64,000 bases of DNA from Candidatus Hodarchaeota archaeon (GTDB lineage: Archaea; Asgardarchaeota; Lokiarchaeia; Sigyniarchaeales; SOKP01). Under the pieces are notes generated by a model. That model was not told the origin of the DNA and did no database searches. It worked only from the letters and a program-made list of their open reading frames with translations. The translations under genes were made by a program, and so were the position numbers. Shown in pieces: positions 1 to 8,567 of this stretch. Within the stretch, counting starts at the first letter, position 1, and each line of letters begins with the position of its first letter. The stretch covers positions 32,001 through 96,000 of the forward strand of contig JBHLKM010000006.1 of assembly GCA_048886685.1 (NCBI GenBank). Reading direction: 5' to 3'.

Positions 1-116
1 AAAATTCTTTTTTCTAAGAAATTTCTTTGATAATGCTCGAATTTCATCCCAGTTGCTTTTTTTAATTCAGTTATTAGGAGATCGATTGAGTTAGGATTGA
101 GAGATGGTAACGCTAT
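1..116 (-). CDS. N-terminus of a probable CheR-type protein-glutamate methyltransferase (runs off the window edge)
   Basis: Manual translation gives IALPSLNPNSIDLLITELKKATGMKFEHYQRNFLEKRI, matching the CheR N-terminal pattern (LL..L...TG..F..Y....L.RRI). An in-frame TAA lies two codons upstream, so the probable start is ATA after a GGTG motif. Not in the ORF track. Confidence 0.55.
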   Translation of the reverse strand, partial: MALPSLNPNSIDLLITELKKATGMKFEHYQRNFLEKRI

Positions 117-270
117 TTTTTACACCATAGAGTTAAATTTTTAGAATTTTTTTCTAATACATTATAAATTAATGCATAATAAAATTTTGGGAAGAAAATT
201 TTGTTATTGTTAGTGTAACAAAATAAACTTGAAAGATGAGTTTCATTTTGTGGTAAAAATTATAATATTT

Positions 271-1020
271 TCATGTAAAAGAAATAAAACCCATTTTAAT
301 TAGATTTTTGCAAACATTATAGACTCTTTTTTGTTCTATATTAAGTTCTTTAGTGATTTGGTTAATGTTTTTCTTTCCATCTATATTTTCGTACACCTTA
401 CATGAGATTTTCCCTGTTAAATAATGTTTTGGATTGATCTTTTTAGTTGTAGTAAAAACTGGAACAAAATCATAATATTCAGGATTAGATTCAACTATTT
501 CAGGCTCATTTTCTAATCTTATACCATTATCAATGTCATCTTCAAAACTTCTCAACCAATCATGCACTTTTTCATTATATTGAGCTTGCTTTACTTTTTC
601 TTCTTTTTCAATATATTGTTCAATTACACTTTCAAATGATTTAAAGCTGTTTAATCTTCCATTCCAATTTAAAATTTGATTGTAATTGAATGTTTTTAGA
701 AAAAGGTTAGAAATTGATTTTAAAAACTTTTGTACATTCGGGAGTTCTGAATTATTATCATATGTAGCTAGAAAAATTAAATCTTCAATGTTAGGATCTT
801 TTAAAAAAGAGAGCTTCAGATTGTTATTTTCTAATTTCAACTCGCTTATGGTTCCTAAATTTTCATAAGAATCGGAAAATGAATTTAGAGCCGAAAAGAA
901 ACCCGATACCATTATTAGATTATCTACTTCTGAAAACATATCTTTAACATCAGAAGAATTAGAGAAACTCTTAGACAGTAGCGGTAATCCATCTTTAATA
1001 ATTAGAACGTCGCAAATCAT
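271..1020 (-). CDS. Longin-like domain protein with a C-terminal winged helix (NPRL2-like architecture)
   Basis: N-terminal VLIIKDGLPLL...MVSGFFSALNSF is typical of Asgard longin/roadblock-like domains. C-terminal IDGKKNINQITKELNIEQKRVYNVCKNLIKMGFI is a winged helix. Confidence 0.65.
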   Translation of the reverse strand: MICDVLIIKDGLPLLSKSFSNSSDVKDMFSEVDNLIMVSGFFSALNSFSDSYENLGTISELKLENNNLKLSFLKDPNIEDLIFLATYDNNSELPNVQKFLKSISNLFLKTFNYNQILNWNGRLNSFKSFESVIEQYIEKEEKVKQAQYNEKVHDWLRSFEDDIDNGIRLENEPEIVESNPEYYDFVPVFTTTKKINPKHYLTGKISCKVYENIDGKKNINQITKELNIEQKRVYNVCKNLIKMGFISFT

Positions 1021-1212
1021 TAAACTCAGTAAAATAGCTCATAAATAATTAAAAATAATAAAATTATACGAAATATACTAATTATATCTAAAAAATGGAA
1101 ACTATTATCTAATTATAATACTTCAGTGATATCAGAATAATACAATCAATCTTAAAAAAATGATTCTACAAAAAACTTTTGCCAGGGTAGGCTTATTTGG
1201 TGAACTCTAAAA

Positions 1213-1956
1213 TTGAAAGCAATTATTTTATGTGCTGGTTTTGGGAAGCGGATGAAGCCTTATACTAACACTTACCAAAAATCCATGATACCAATTCATG
1301 GAAAACCTTTATTAGAATATATAATAAATGGATTAATTCTTGCGGATTTAAAAAAAATAATTATTGTTGTAGGATATCGCAAAGATCAGATCATGGATTA
1401 TTTTCAAGAAGGAGATAAATGGGGGATTAAAATTGAATATATTGAACAGAAAGAAATAAATGGTACGGGAGGTGCCTTACTAATTTGCGAAGACTCAATT
1501 AAAAATACCCATTTTTTCTTAACCTGGGGAGATATATTAGTTTCTTATAACGTATATAAAGAAGTAATTGACATATTTAACAATGAGAAACAAGATTATG
1601 TATTAGTTACCAACTTTAGTGATGATCCTTTTAAGGGAGCAGCGGTTTATTCAGATAATAATTATTGTATAGATATAGTAGAAAAACCTCCTAAAGGTAA
1701 ATCAGACTCAAATCTTAATAATTGTGGTGTCTTTGTTTTTTCTAAAGAAATTTTTCAAGTATTACAAGAGTTAAAACCGTCAGAGAGAGGTGAGATTTGC
1801 CTAACAGATGGAATTAGCATTGGAATTAAAAACAGAAAATGGAAAGTCAGAATATTAAAAATGGAAAGGGAATGGTTTCGAGGTGATTTTGGTGATATTA
1901 AAACATATGAACAATTGAAAAAAGAAATCAAATGGGTAGAAGAGCTCAATCATTAA
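1213..1956 (+). CDS. Sugar-phosphate nucleotidyltransferase (NTP_transferase family)
   Basis: KAIILCAGFGKRMKPYT...K motif, EQKEINGTGGA, VEKP. Confidence 0.9.
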   Translation: MKAIILCAGFGKRMKPYTNTYQKSMIPIHGKPLLEYIINGLILADLKKIIIVVGYRKDQIMDYFQEGDKWGIKIEYIEQKEINGTGGALLICEDSIKNTHFFLTWGDILVSYNVYKEVIDIFNNEKQDYVLVTNFSDDPFKGAAVYSDNNYCIDIVEKPPKGKSDSNLNNCGVFVFSKEIFQVLQELKPSERGEICLTDGISIGIKNRKWKVRILKMEREWFRGDFGDIKTYEQLKKEIKWVEELNH

Positions 1957-2090
1957 AGTTAATATATTATTATTATTCTTAAAACTCTATTATGTACTAT
2001 TATTTTCTTTTATTAAAAAACGGACTATTTAAAAAATTTAAATAGTCAAAAACCTTTTTTCATAGTACTTACCAATTTAAAAATTTATAG

Positions 2091-2666
2091 TTGATGAAAT
2101 TGAGTAGTGATAAATACAAAAACCGATATTATTATAAAGAATCTTATGAAGCTGCAATAGGGACATTTGCGACGGCTATAGTCTTTCTTTTTGTTGCGAT
2201 TTTATCATTATTTTTTAGAGCTTTTGATATAGAATTTATAGGATTAAAAGATTGGGGCTATTGGCTTTTCATCCCCGCTTTTTTCATCTTTATTGGAGGC
2301 TTTCAGCAATTATATCGAAAATACAAATATCAACAAGTAGTCAAAAATGCACTTATTCAAAGAAATTTTCAAGGAACTCACAAACTCGAGCACATTGCAT
2401 TGGAAATCGGGATGAGATCAAAAGATATTTTGCGTGTATTGCTGGACTTACGTGCTAAGGGTATAGTTCGATATAGTTTTAACTCAGAAACAGGGGAAAT
2501 CATTTTAGGAAAATCAATAACATATACCCAGGCAACTGAGTATGTTCCTCCTGCAAAAAAATTAGAGACTCCATTACCTACTGAAGGAAAGAATTTTTGC
2601 GTTTATTGTGGTCATAAAATAGAGACATCAGGGAACTTTTGTCCTAATTGCGGATCAAAGCTCTAA
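2091..2666 (+). CDS. Membrane protein: 2 TM helices, winged-helix/PCI-like segment and zinc ribbon
   Basis: Two hydrophobic helices, LEHIALEIGMRSKDILRVLLDLRAKGIV, and C-terminal CVYCG...FCPNCG. Confidence 0.6.
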   Translation: MMKLSSDKYKNRYYYKESYEAAIGTFATAIVFLFVAILSLFFRAFDIEFIGLKDWGYWLFIPAFFIFIGGFQQLYRKYKYQQVVKNALIQRNFQGTHKLEHIALEIGMRSKDILRVLLDLRAKGIVRYSFNSETGEIILGKSITYTQATEYVPPAKKLETPLPTEGKNFCVYCGHKIETSGNFCPNCGSKL

Positions 2667-2717
2667 ATTATTTTTTTTTATTTTTTTTCTCAATAAAATT
2701 TTTTTACTTACCATTAA

Positions 2718-3080
2718 TTAAACCATATAGGAATTAGAGTTTCTAATTATTGGTGATTTAAAATTACAACATGCGAAGAACGAGATGGAATTATTTCAGA
2801 AAAAGAAGTTAAAGCAGTAAATATCCCGTTTGAAAGAGAAAACATCCCTTTTGAACGATTATTTAATCCTCGCGTTGTAGTTATAATTGGTGTCAGTAAA
2901 GGAAGAGGTTGGGGAGGAGCACATTATTTGGAGACTTTTAAAGAATATGAATATCCCGAGGCGATTTATCCAGTTAATCCAAAATCTAAAACAAGAGAAA
3001 ACGGAATAGTTGTTTATGATTCAGCTGAAGCAGCTGCTAAATGTATTTATAGTCTATGGAATTATGGAAATTATCTCTAA
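2718..3080 (+). pseudogene. Internally deleted remnant of an NDP-forming acyl-CoA synthetase, possibly preceded by a VOC/glyoxalase-like fragment
   Basis: The frame reads LNHIGIRVSNYW*FKITT...FERLFNPRVVVIIGVSKG...IYPVNPK-SKT-RENGIVVYDSAEAAAKCIYSLWNY*. The CoA-binding N-terminus is joined directly to the family C-terminus. There is no ATG start and an internal TGA. Confidence 0.65.
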
Positions 3081-3191
3081 AATCGAGGAATTAATCCTCC
3101 TTTACTTAAGTAAAAAAATTTTTCCATTAAGAATCATTTTTGATTTTTCTTATGATATTTAAATAAGTAAATACGTTATTTTAAATACTTA

Positions 3192-4214
3192 ATGAAATTT
3201 CTAAAAGTACCTAAACCAATTTCTTGTGGCTTGATTCTTTCTTATAAATGCAGTGTTGAATGTAAACACTGTATGTATTTTGGTTCACCAAAATGGAAAG
3301 AATATATAAATGAAAAAACATTGTGTGATGTTTTAACCTATTTATCAGAAATAATTGAGCCATCTCCATATGGTCCTGAAAATGTTAGTCTTAATTATGG
3401 TCTCCATTTTACTGGTGGAGAACCCTTTTTAAACTTTCCAATTTTATTAAAAGCTGTTAAAATCGGTAAGAATTTGAATATTCCTTCCACGTTTGTAGAA
3501 ACAAATTGTTTTTGGTGTAAAAATGATGATATTACGGGGGAAAAGCTCTTTAAATTAAAAAATCAGGGACTTCATGGTATTTTAATCAGTGTAAACCCAT
3601 TTATATTAGAAAATATACCGTTTGAATATACTAAGCGTGCTATTAGAATGAGCATGGAAATATTTAGAGAAAATTTTATGATATATCAAATATACTACTT
3701 TAACCAATTTCAAGAATTAAACATTAAAGAAAAGCTGTCCATTGAGGACTATTTAAAATATGTAAATATTAAAGATCTAAAACGAAATGTAGAGTTATTT
3801 AAAATGGGACGTGCTGCTTATTCACTTCAAAATTTTTATACAAAATTCCCGATTAAACATTTTTTTAATGAAAACTGTAGTAAAGAATTATTAAGAAATT
3901 GGCATTGTCATGTTGATCTTTATGGAAATTATATGCCTGGGTATTGTGGGGGTATTTCATGGGGAAATATTGAAAATATAGACTTACTTGTTAGTAAAGG
4001 CATTAATCTTGAAGATCATCCAGTTTTAAAAATCCTAATATTTGGGAATTTCGAGCAATTCTATAATTTCGCTATGGATAACTATAATTATTTAGAACTA
4101 GAGGAGGGTTATGTTTCAAAATGTCATGTTTGTCTTGATATTAGAAAGAAAATAGCATCAAAAACTGATGACTTCAAGGAACTTAATCCTATTGAATTCT
4201 ATAATCACTTTTAA
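3192..4214 (+). CDS. Radical SAM protein
   Basis: CSVECKHC (CxxxCxxC), FTGGEPFL, ETN, plus C-terminal Cys motifs. Confidence 0.9.
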   Translation: MKFLKVPKPISCGLILSYKCSVECKHCMYFGSPKWKEYINEKTLCDVLTYLSEIIEPSPYGPENVSLNYGLHFTGGEPFLNFPILLKAVKIGKNLNIPSTFVETNCFWCKNDDITGEKLFKLKNQGLHGILISVNPFILENIPFEYTKRAIRMSMEIFRENFMIYQIYYFNQFQELNIKEKLSIEDYLKYVNIKDLKRNVELFKMGRAAYSLQNFYTKFPIKHFFNENCSKELLRNWHCHVDLYGNYMPGYCGGISWGNIENIDLLVSKGINLEDHPVLKILIFGNFEQFYNFAMDNYNYLELEEGYVSKCHVCLDIRKKIASKTDDFKELNPIEFYNHF

Positions 4215-4682
4215 TAAAATATAAATGATAAATTAGATTTAAAATTTAAAAATCGTCAGATTCTCTATATTATGAAGAAAATTTCGCTTTTTTTTCAGAA
4301 TGTAAGTGTTTAGCATCTTTAATTAATTGATCATATATAACATAGACTTTTTTAAAGAATATTCTGATTCGAAACTTAACATTTCTTCAGTAATGATATT
4401 TTACACACATTTTAGTAAATAATTATGTATGGAATTGATATTAATAAATTCTACTTTTTGTCAAACTTGTGCAATTTTCAATTATTTTCATTTAGGTAAA
4501 GAAACTGAAATCAAAATGCATATTTGTCGAATTAACACTAAACTACTAGGGGCTTTCATTTTAAATAGGTAATTGCTGCAATATATATAAAATTGAAATT
4601 TTCTTTGAGATGAAAAACTATTTCAAAAGGCTTTATTAATAAAGAATTTTCTGATATCTATACAGAAAAAAGCCATGAATCT

Positions 4683-5093
4683 ATGATCTCAGAAAATTTC
4701 AATCATGGAGATTTCCAAAATAGAAATGATAACATAATTTCTGAACTTGTCTCAGAATTATTTAATCATATAGAATCAAAGCAATCGTTTGATTTCATAT
4801 CAGATTTGCTACTTAATTCCTTAAATATATATAAAAAAAAGTTCTCAGTTGAAAATTTTCGTTTAAATCTAGAAAATAATCTAAATTTAAATGATACCAT
4901 AGAGATTATTGGTTTTAAACAACAAGTATCCGATACAAAAACAGAATACCTTTCAATTTCAAATGATATTCATTCTATATTATCTAATTGCACCCATTTA
5001 ACTAGCAATCAAAAACTTGATTATTGTAATAGCCAAAGATATTTCATGAAATTGTATATGAAAGAAATTGTCGTGAAATTAAAGGAACAATGA
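4683..5093 (+). CDS. Hypothetical protein
   Basis: 136-aa ORF with no recognised motif. Confidence 0.5.
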   Translation: MISENFNHGDFQNRNDNIISELVSELFNHIESKQSFDFISDLLLNSLNIYKKKFSVENFRLNLENNLNLNDTIEIIGFKQQVSDTKTEYLSISNDIHSILSNCTHLTSNQKLDYCNSQRYFMKLYMKEIVVKLKEQ

Positions 5094-5190
5094 TCATTTT
5101 TATTTTATAATTTATAATAATGTTCCTAATTGATATAATAAAAAGAAAAAAATGATAAAACGTATATTATTCTATTAAATCAATCTCTTT

Positions 5191-5904
5191 CTAGGTTCTA
5201 AGTCCAAGATACATCCATAGAGCGAATGAAGCCATTAAAATCCTTACAATTCCAATAGCAAGCGGAATTGTAATGATAGCATCTAAAGCTCCACTTAATA
5301 CAAAGATTATAAATCCAATAGATAAGTACGTGAATTTTTTTCTTAATATGCCCGTAGATTGCTTTGCTTTAATTGCAAAACCAATTCCTAGAAGTACCAA
5401 AGCTGAAACTAAGAATATTGCTACAAGTAAAAAAGTCGGATGCAATATTTCAAAACTAGCATCAATTATTTTTTCACCTTCAAAGCCGGTTTCAACACCA
5501 AGCTCATCAAAAGAAGCAACAGTATCAAACCAAAGAAAATATTCAAAAAGAATGCCTAGTGCTAGATATACCCCTAAAAGTATCCATTTTCTTTTAGGGA
5601 TTATTAATTCACCCCCAAGATAGATTGCGAAGATTAAGGCTGGGGCGACCCAAAGATAACTTAATCTTACATAGGTTACTGGAGGATCCCCCGGAATATT
5701 TTCCCCTCTAGATAAAATAAAGATAAAATCGACTGTTGGACCAAGCCATAAAAAACCAACGAAAATCATAGTTAAACCTGCGATAGTAAGAAGTCTCGCT
5801 TTTAATTTTAAAGACTTATATAGTGAAAAAAATCCAAATGCCACTGAAGATAGAACTATTAAAGCTGAAGTAGAACCATCTAAGATCCCTTCTATATGAA
5901 CCAT
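5191..5904 (-). CDS. Stand-alone 7-transmembrane protein
   Basis: Seven hydrophobic segments, no soluble output domain, GGTG motif upstream. Confidence 0.7.
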   Translation of the reverse strand: MVHIEGILDGSTSALIVLSSVAFGFFSLYKSLKLKARLLTIAGLTMIFVGFLWLGPTVDFIFILSRGENIPGDPPVTYVRLSYLWVAPALIFAIYLGGELIIPKRKWILLGVYLALGILFEYFLWFDTVASFDELGVETGFEGEKIIDASFEILHPTFLLVAIFLVSALVLLGIGFAIKAKQSTGILRKKFTYLSIGFIIFVLSGALDAIITIPLAIGIVRILMASFALWMYLGLRT

Positions 5905-6074
5905 CTCTTTATTACACCATTTTTTATGAAAATGTCATTCTAATTATATATTTATTTATTTATTTTGCATTTATTTATAATTATATTTTTTGGAGTAATA
6001 AAAAGTAATATAATTTGGTAAAGTGTAAGTCTAATGGTTCTTTGAATATTAATATTTAAGGATTTCTAAGGTTA

Positions 6075-6614
6075 TTAAATTGTTCTATAAAAAAATGTTG
6101 CTATATCTCCAATATCCTTATTATATTCTAACTTGAGTTTAAATTCTAAGTACTGAGTAAAATTTTTTAATGGATACATATGAGAAATTATAATAGCACC
6201 ATTTTTTGTCGTTTGAAATACGTGTTTAAGATATTTTTGCATTGAAGGTAAAGAATAAATATAGATGAAATCATATTCCTTTAAATTATAGGTGTAAAAA
6301 TCTCCATTTATGAATCTGATTTTGGCCAAGGCTTTTCTTTTTCCTTCTTTTAATAATCGAATGGATTCTTTGGCTTCTTCTGTAAGGATTGGATCAATTT
6401 CAATCCCAATCGATCTTATCCCATAATTTATTGCAGAATAAATAATTACTTGTCCATTTCCAGAACCCAAATCTATAAAATTTTGTTTAGAATTTTTCCG
6501 TAGGCCAAATTCTCTCTCAAGCGTTTTAAATATCTTCTTAAGATAGACTCGTTTAGTCTCTTGAAATGGTAAATCTATTTGAGAATAGAATTTATCATAT
6601 TCCTTTTCATACAT
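6075..6614 (-). CDS. Class I SAM-dependent methyltransferase (DOT1/FAM173-like protein methyltransferase type)
   Basis: FIDLGSGNGQVII, IGIEID, GDF, DFIYIY. Confidence 0.75.
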   Translation of the reverse strand: MYEKEYDKFYSQIDLPFQETKRVYLKKIFKTLEREFGLRKNSKQNFIDLGSGNGQVIIYSAINYGIRSIGIEIDPILTEEAKESIRLLKEGKRKALAKIRFINGDFYTYNLKEYDFIYIYSLPSMQKYLKHVFQTTKNGAIIISHMYPLKNFTQYLEFKLKLEYNKDIGDIATFFYRTI

Positions 6615-6695
6615 CTTAAAGTTTCAATCATCTAAAAACTTTAATTGTTTCATAATCATGTATTATTTAAGCGTAATTAAATCTTATGAAATAAT

Positions 6696-8561
6696 TTAGA
6701 AAGTTCCTTCTGTTTGTTTCGACTTGATTTCTTCCATAAACTCATATGATTGATGCCTAAAATATGTATTATATAACCTTGCATAATATCCGTTTTTTTG
6801 TAAAAGAGATTCATGATTGCCCTCCTCTACAATCTTTCCGTGATCTAGTACGATTATCCTATCTACATGTCTAACCGTTGTAAGTCTATGAGCAATCACA
6901 ATAGTGGTTCGTCCTTGCATCACTCTTTCCATTGCTTCTTGAATCTGCAGTTCTGTAAAAGGATCTACAGATGCCGTAGCTTCATCTAATATTAATATAG
7001 AGGGATTCTGCAATAAGACCCTTGCGAATACAATTAATTGTCGTTGTCCCATTGACAAGACTTTTCCTCTTTCTAAGATAAATGTTTCAATCCCATTATC
7101 AAGACGTCGAACCCACTCCATGCCACCTGATTGTTCTAGAGCCCATATTACATCTTCTCTTGTTGCATCTGGTGACCCATATTTAACATTATTCTCAATC
7201 GTGTCTGCCCAAAGGAAAGGGACTTGGGGTATAAATCCAACTGATCTCCTAAATTCTGAAAGTGAAATGTCTCGTATACTATGACTATCTATACGAACGT
7301 CTCCAGACTGAAACTCATATAAACGTAATAAAACTTTAGTTAAACTAGACTTACCCGCTCCAGTATGCCCTACAATAGCTACAGTTTCTCCTGGTTGAAT
7401 TTCTAAATTAAAATCTTCAAAAACAGGCTGTCCTGTTACATATTCAAATTTTAAATCTTCGAACTCTATTTTTCCTTTTATTGAATCTAAAACATGATCT
7501 CCTTGCTTAATATAAGATTGAGAATCTTGAAGAGCAAAGATTCTTTCTGCAGCTGCTAATCCTTCTTGGAATTGAGGCCAAAAACTTGCAATTTGAAGCA
7601 AAGGTTGGAAAAGTATTAAAGAACTCTGAAGAAACAGAAAGATAACTGAACCAGTTAACTCTCCTTGGATAATAAAATTGCCCCCAAAAAAGATGAGCAA
7701 CGCATATAATATAGCTATAAGGAAATCTAAGCTTGGAAAAAGAATAGATAAATATAAAGCCCTACTCATATTCACTCTATATGATTGATTATTGATTGCC
7801 TCAAAATTTTTGAATTGGCTGGATTCTTGACGAAAACTTTTTATTATTTGAATTCCTGCCATTGATTCCTGTACAAATGCATTCACTTGTGCTAGAGAGC
7901 GTTGACCATACATAGATTTCTTTCTTGAAACCTTGCGAAAAGAGAGTGTGAACGCAAATACAATGGGAACCATTATCATAAATATTCCTGTTAATATGGG
8001 ACTTATGAAGATCATAGGGATAATTACAATTATTAACATTAAAAATGAGGCAATTAATTCCGTAAACATGGTAATAGAACCTCCAAACTTCTGCCCATCT
8101 GAATTTATTCTACTTACTATTCTCCCTGTTGGATATTTATCAAAAAAAGAGAGATCCTGTTCGAGAACTCTCAAATTTGTTTGCCTACGTAAATTGTAAC
8201 ATACACCATAAACCATACAATTTGCAGTTCGCCTGTTTACATAGTTAAAAAAGTAACCTAATGAATTTATGATAAAGGTGGAGAAAATAAACATAACTAA
8301 AATGAAGGGATCTGAATGTAATTCAAGGTTACTAATGATCAGAGTCATAAAAAAAGGAGTTAATCCATAAGTAAATGATGAGAGGACTAAGAAGATAATT
8401 ACAATTATCATTGAACGTTTATAAGGTTTAAATAATTTTACAACTCTTGAAACTAATTCTCTATCTGAATAGATTCTATCATACCCTTCTTCATCTAATC
8501 CAAAATATCCCATTCTTCCTCCCCCTCTTCCTCCCATTCCTCCTCCTATTCTTCCAGCCAT
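6696..8561 (-). CDS. ABC exporter, fused permease/ATPase (MdlB-like), heterodimer subunit
   Basis: TM domain, GHTGAGKS, LSMGQRQ, ILDEATASVD, AHRL. Confidence 0.92.
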   Translation of the reverse strand: MAGRIGGGMGGRGGGRMGYFGLDEEGYDRIYSDRELVSRVVKLFKPYKRSMIIVIIFLVLSSFTYGLTPFFMTLIISNLELHSDPFILVMFIFSTFIINSLGYFFNYVNRRTANCMVYGVCYNLRRQTNLRVLEQDLSFFDKYPTGRIVSRINSDGQKFGGSITMFTELIASFLMLIIVIIPMIFISPILTGIFMIMVPIVFAFTLSFRKVSRKKSMYGQRSLAQVNAFVQESMAGIQIIKSFRQESSQFKNFEAINNQSYRVNMSRALYLSILFPSLDFLIAILYALLIFFGGNFIIQGELTGSVIFLFLQSSLILFQPLLQIASFWPQFQEGLAAAERIFALQDSQSYIKQGDHVLDSIKGKIEFEDLKFEYVTGQPVFEDFNLEIQPGETVAIVGHTGAGKSSLTKVLLRLYEFQSGDVRIDSHSIRDISLSEFRRSVGFIPQVPFLWADTIENNVKYGSPDATREDVIWALEQSGGMEWVRRLDNGIETFILERGKVLSMGQRQLIVFARVLLQNPSILILDEATASVDPFTELQIQEAMERVMQGRTTIVIAHRLTTVRHVDRIIVLDHGKIVEEGNHESLLQKNGYYARLYNTYFRHQSYEFMEEIKSKQTEGTF

Positions 8562-8567
8562 TTTTAA

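Noticed and set aside
2754-2756. In-frame TGA as selenocysteine
   Set aside because: It is not at a Cys-equivalent catalytic position, lies in a decayed region, and no convincing SECIS was seen.
4215-4682. Long intergenic region as an ncRNA or gene remnant
   Set aside because: Very AT-rich with no GC-rich stems; short coding-like stretches on the minus strand could not be assigned.
5191-5904. 7TM protein as a rhodopsin
   Set aside because: No retinal-binding lysine motif in helix 7.
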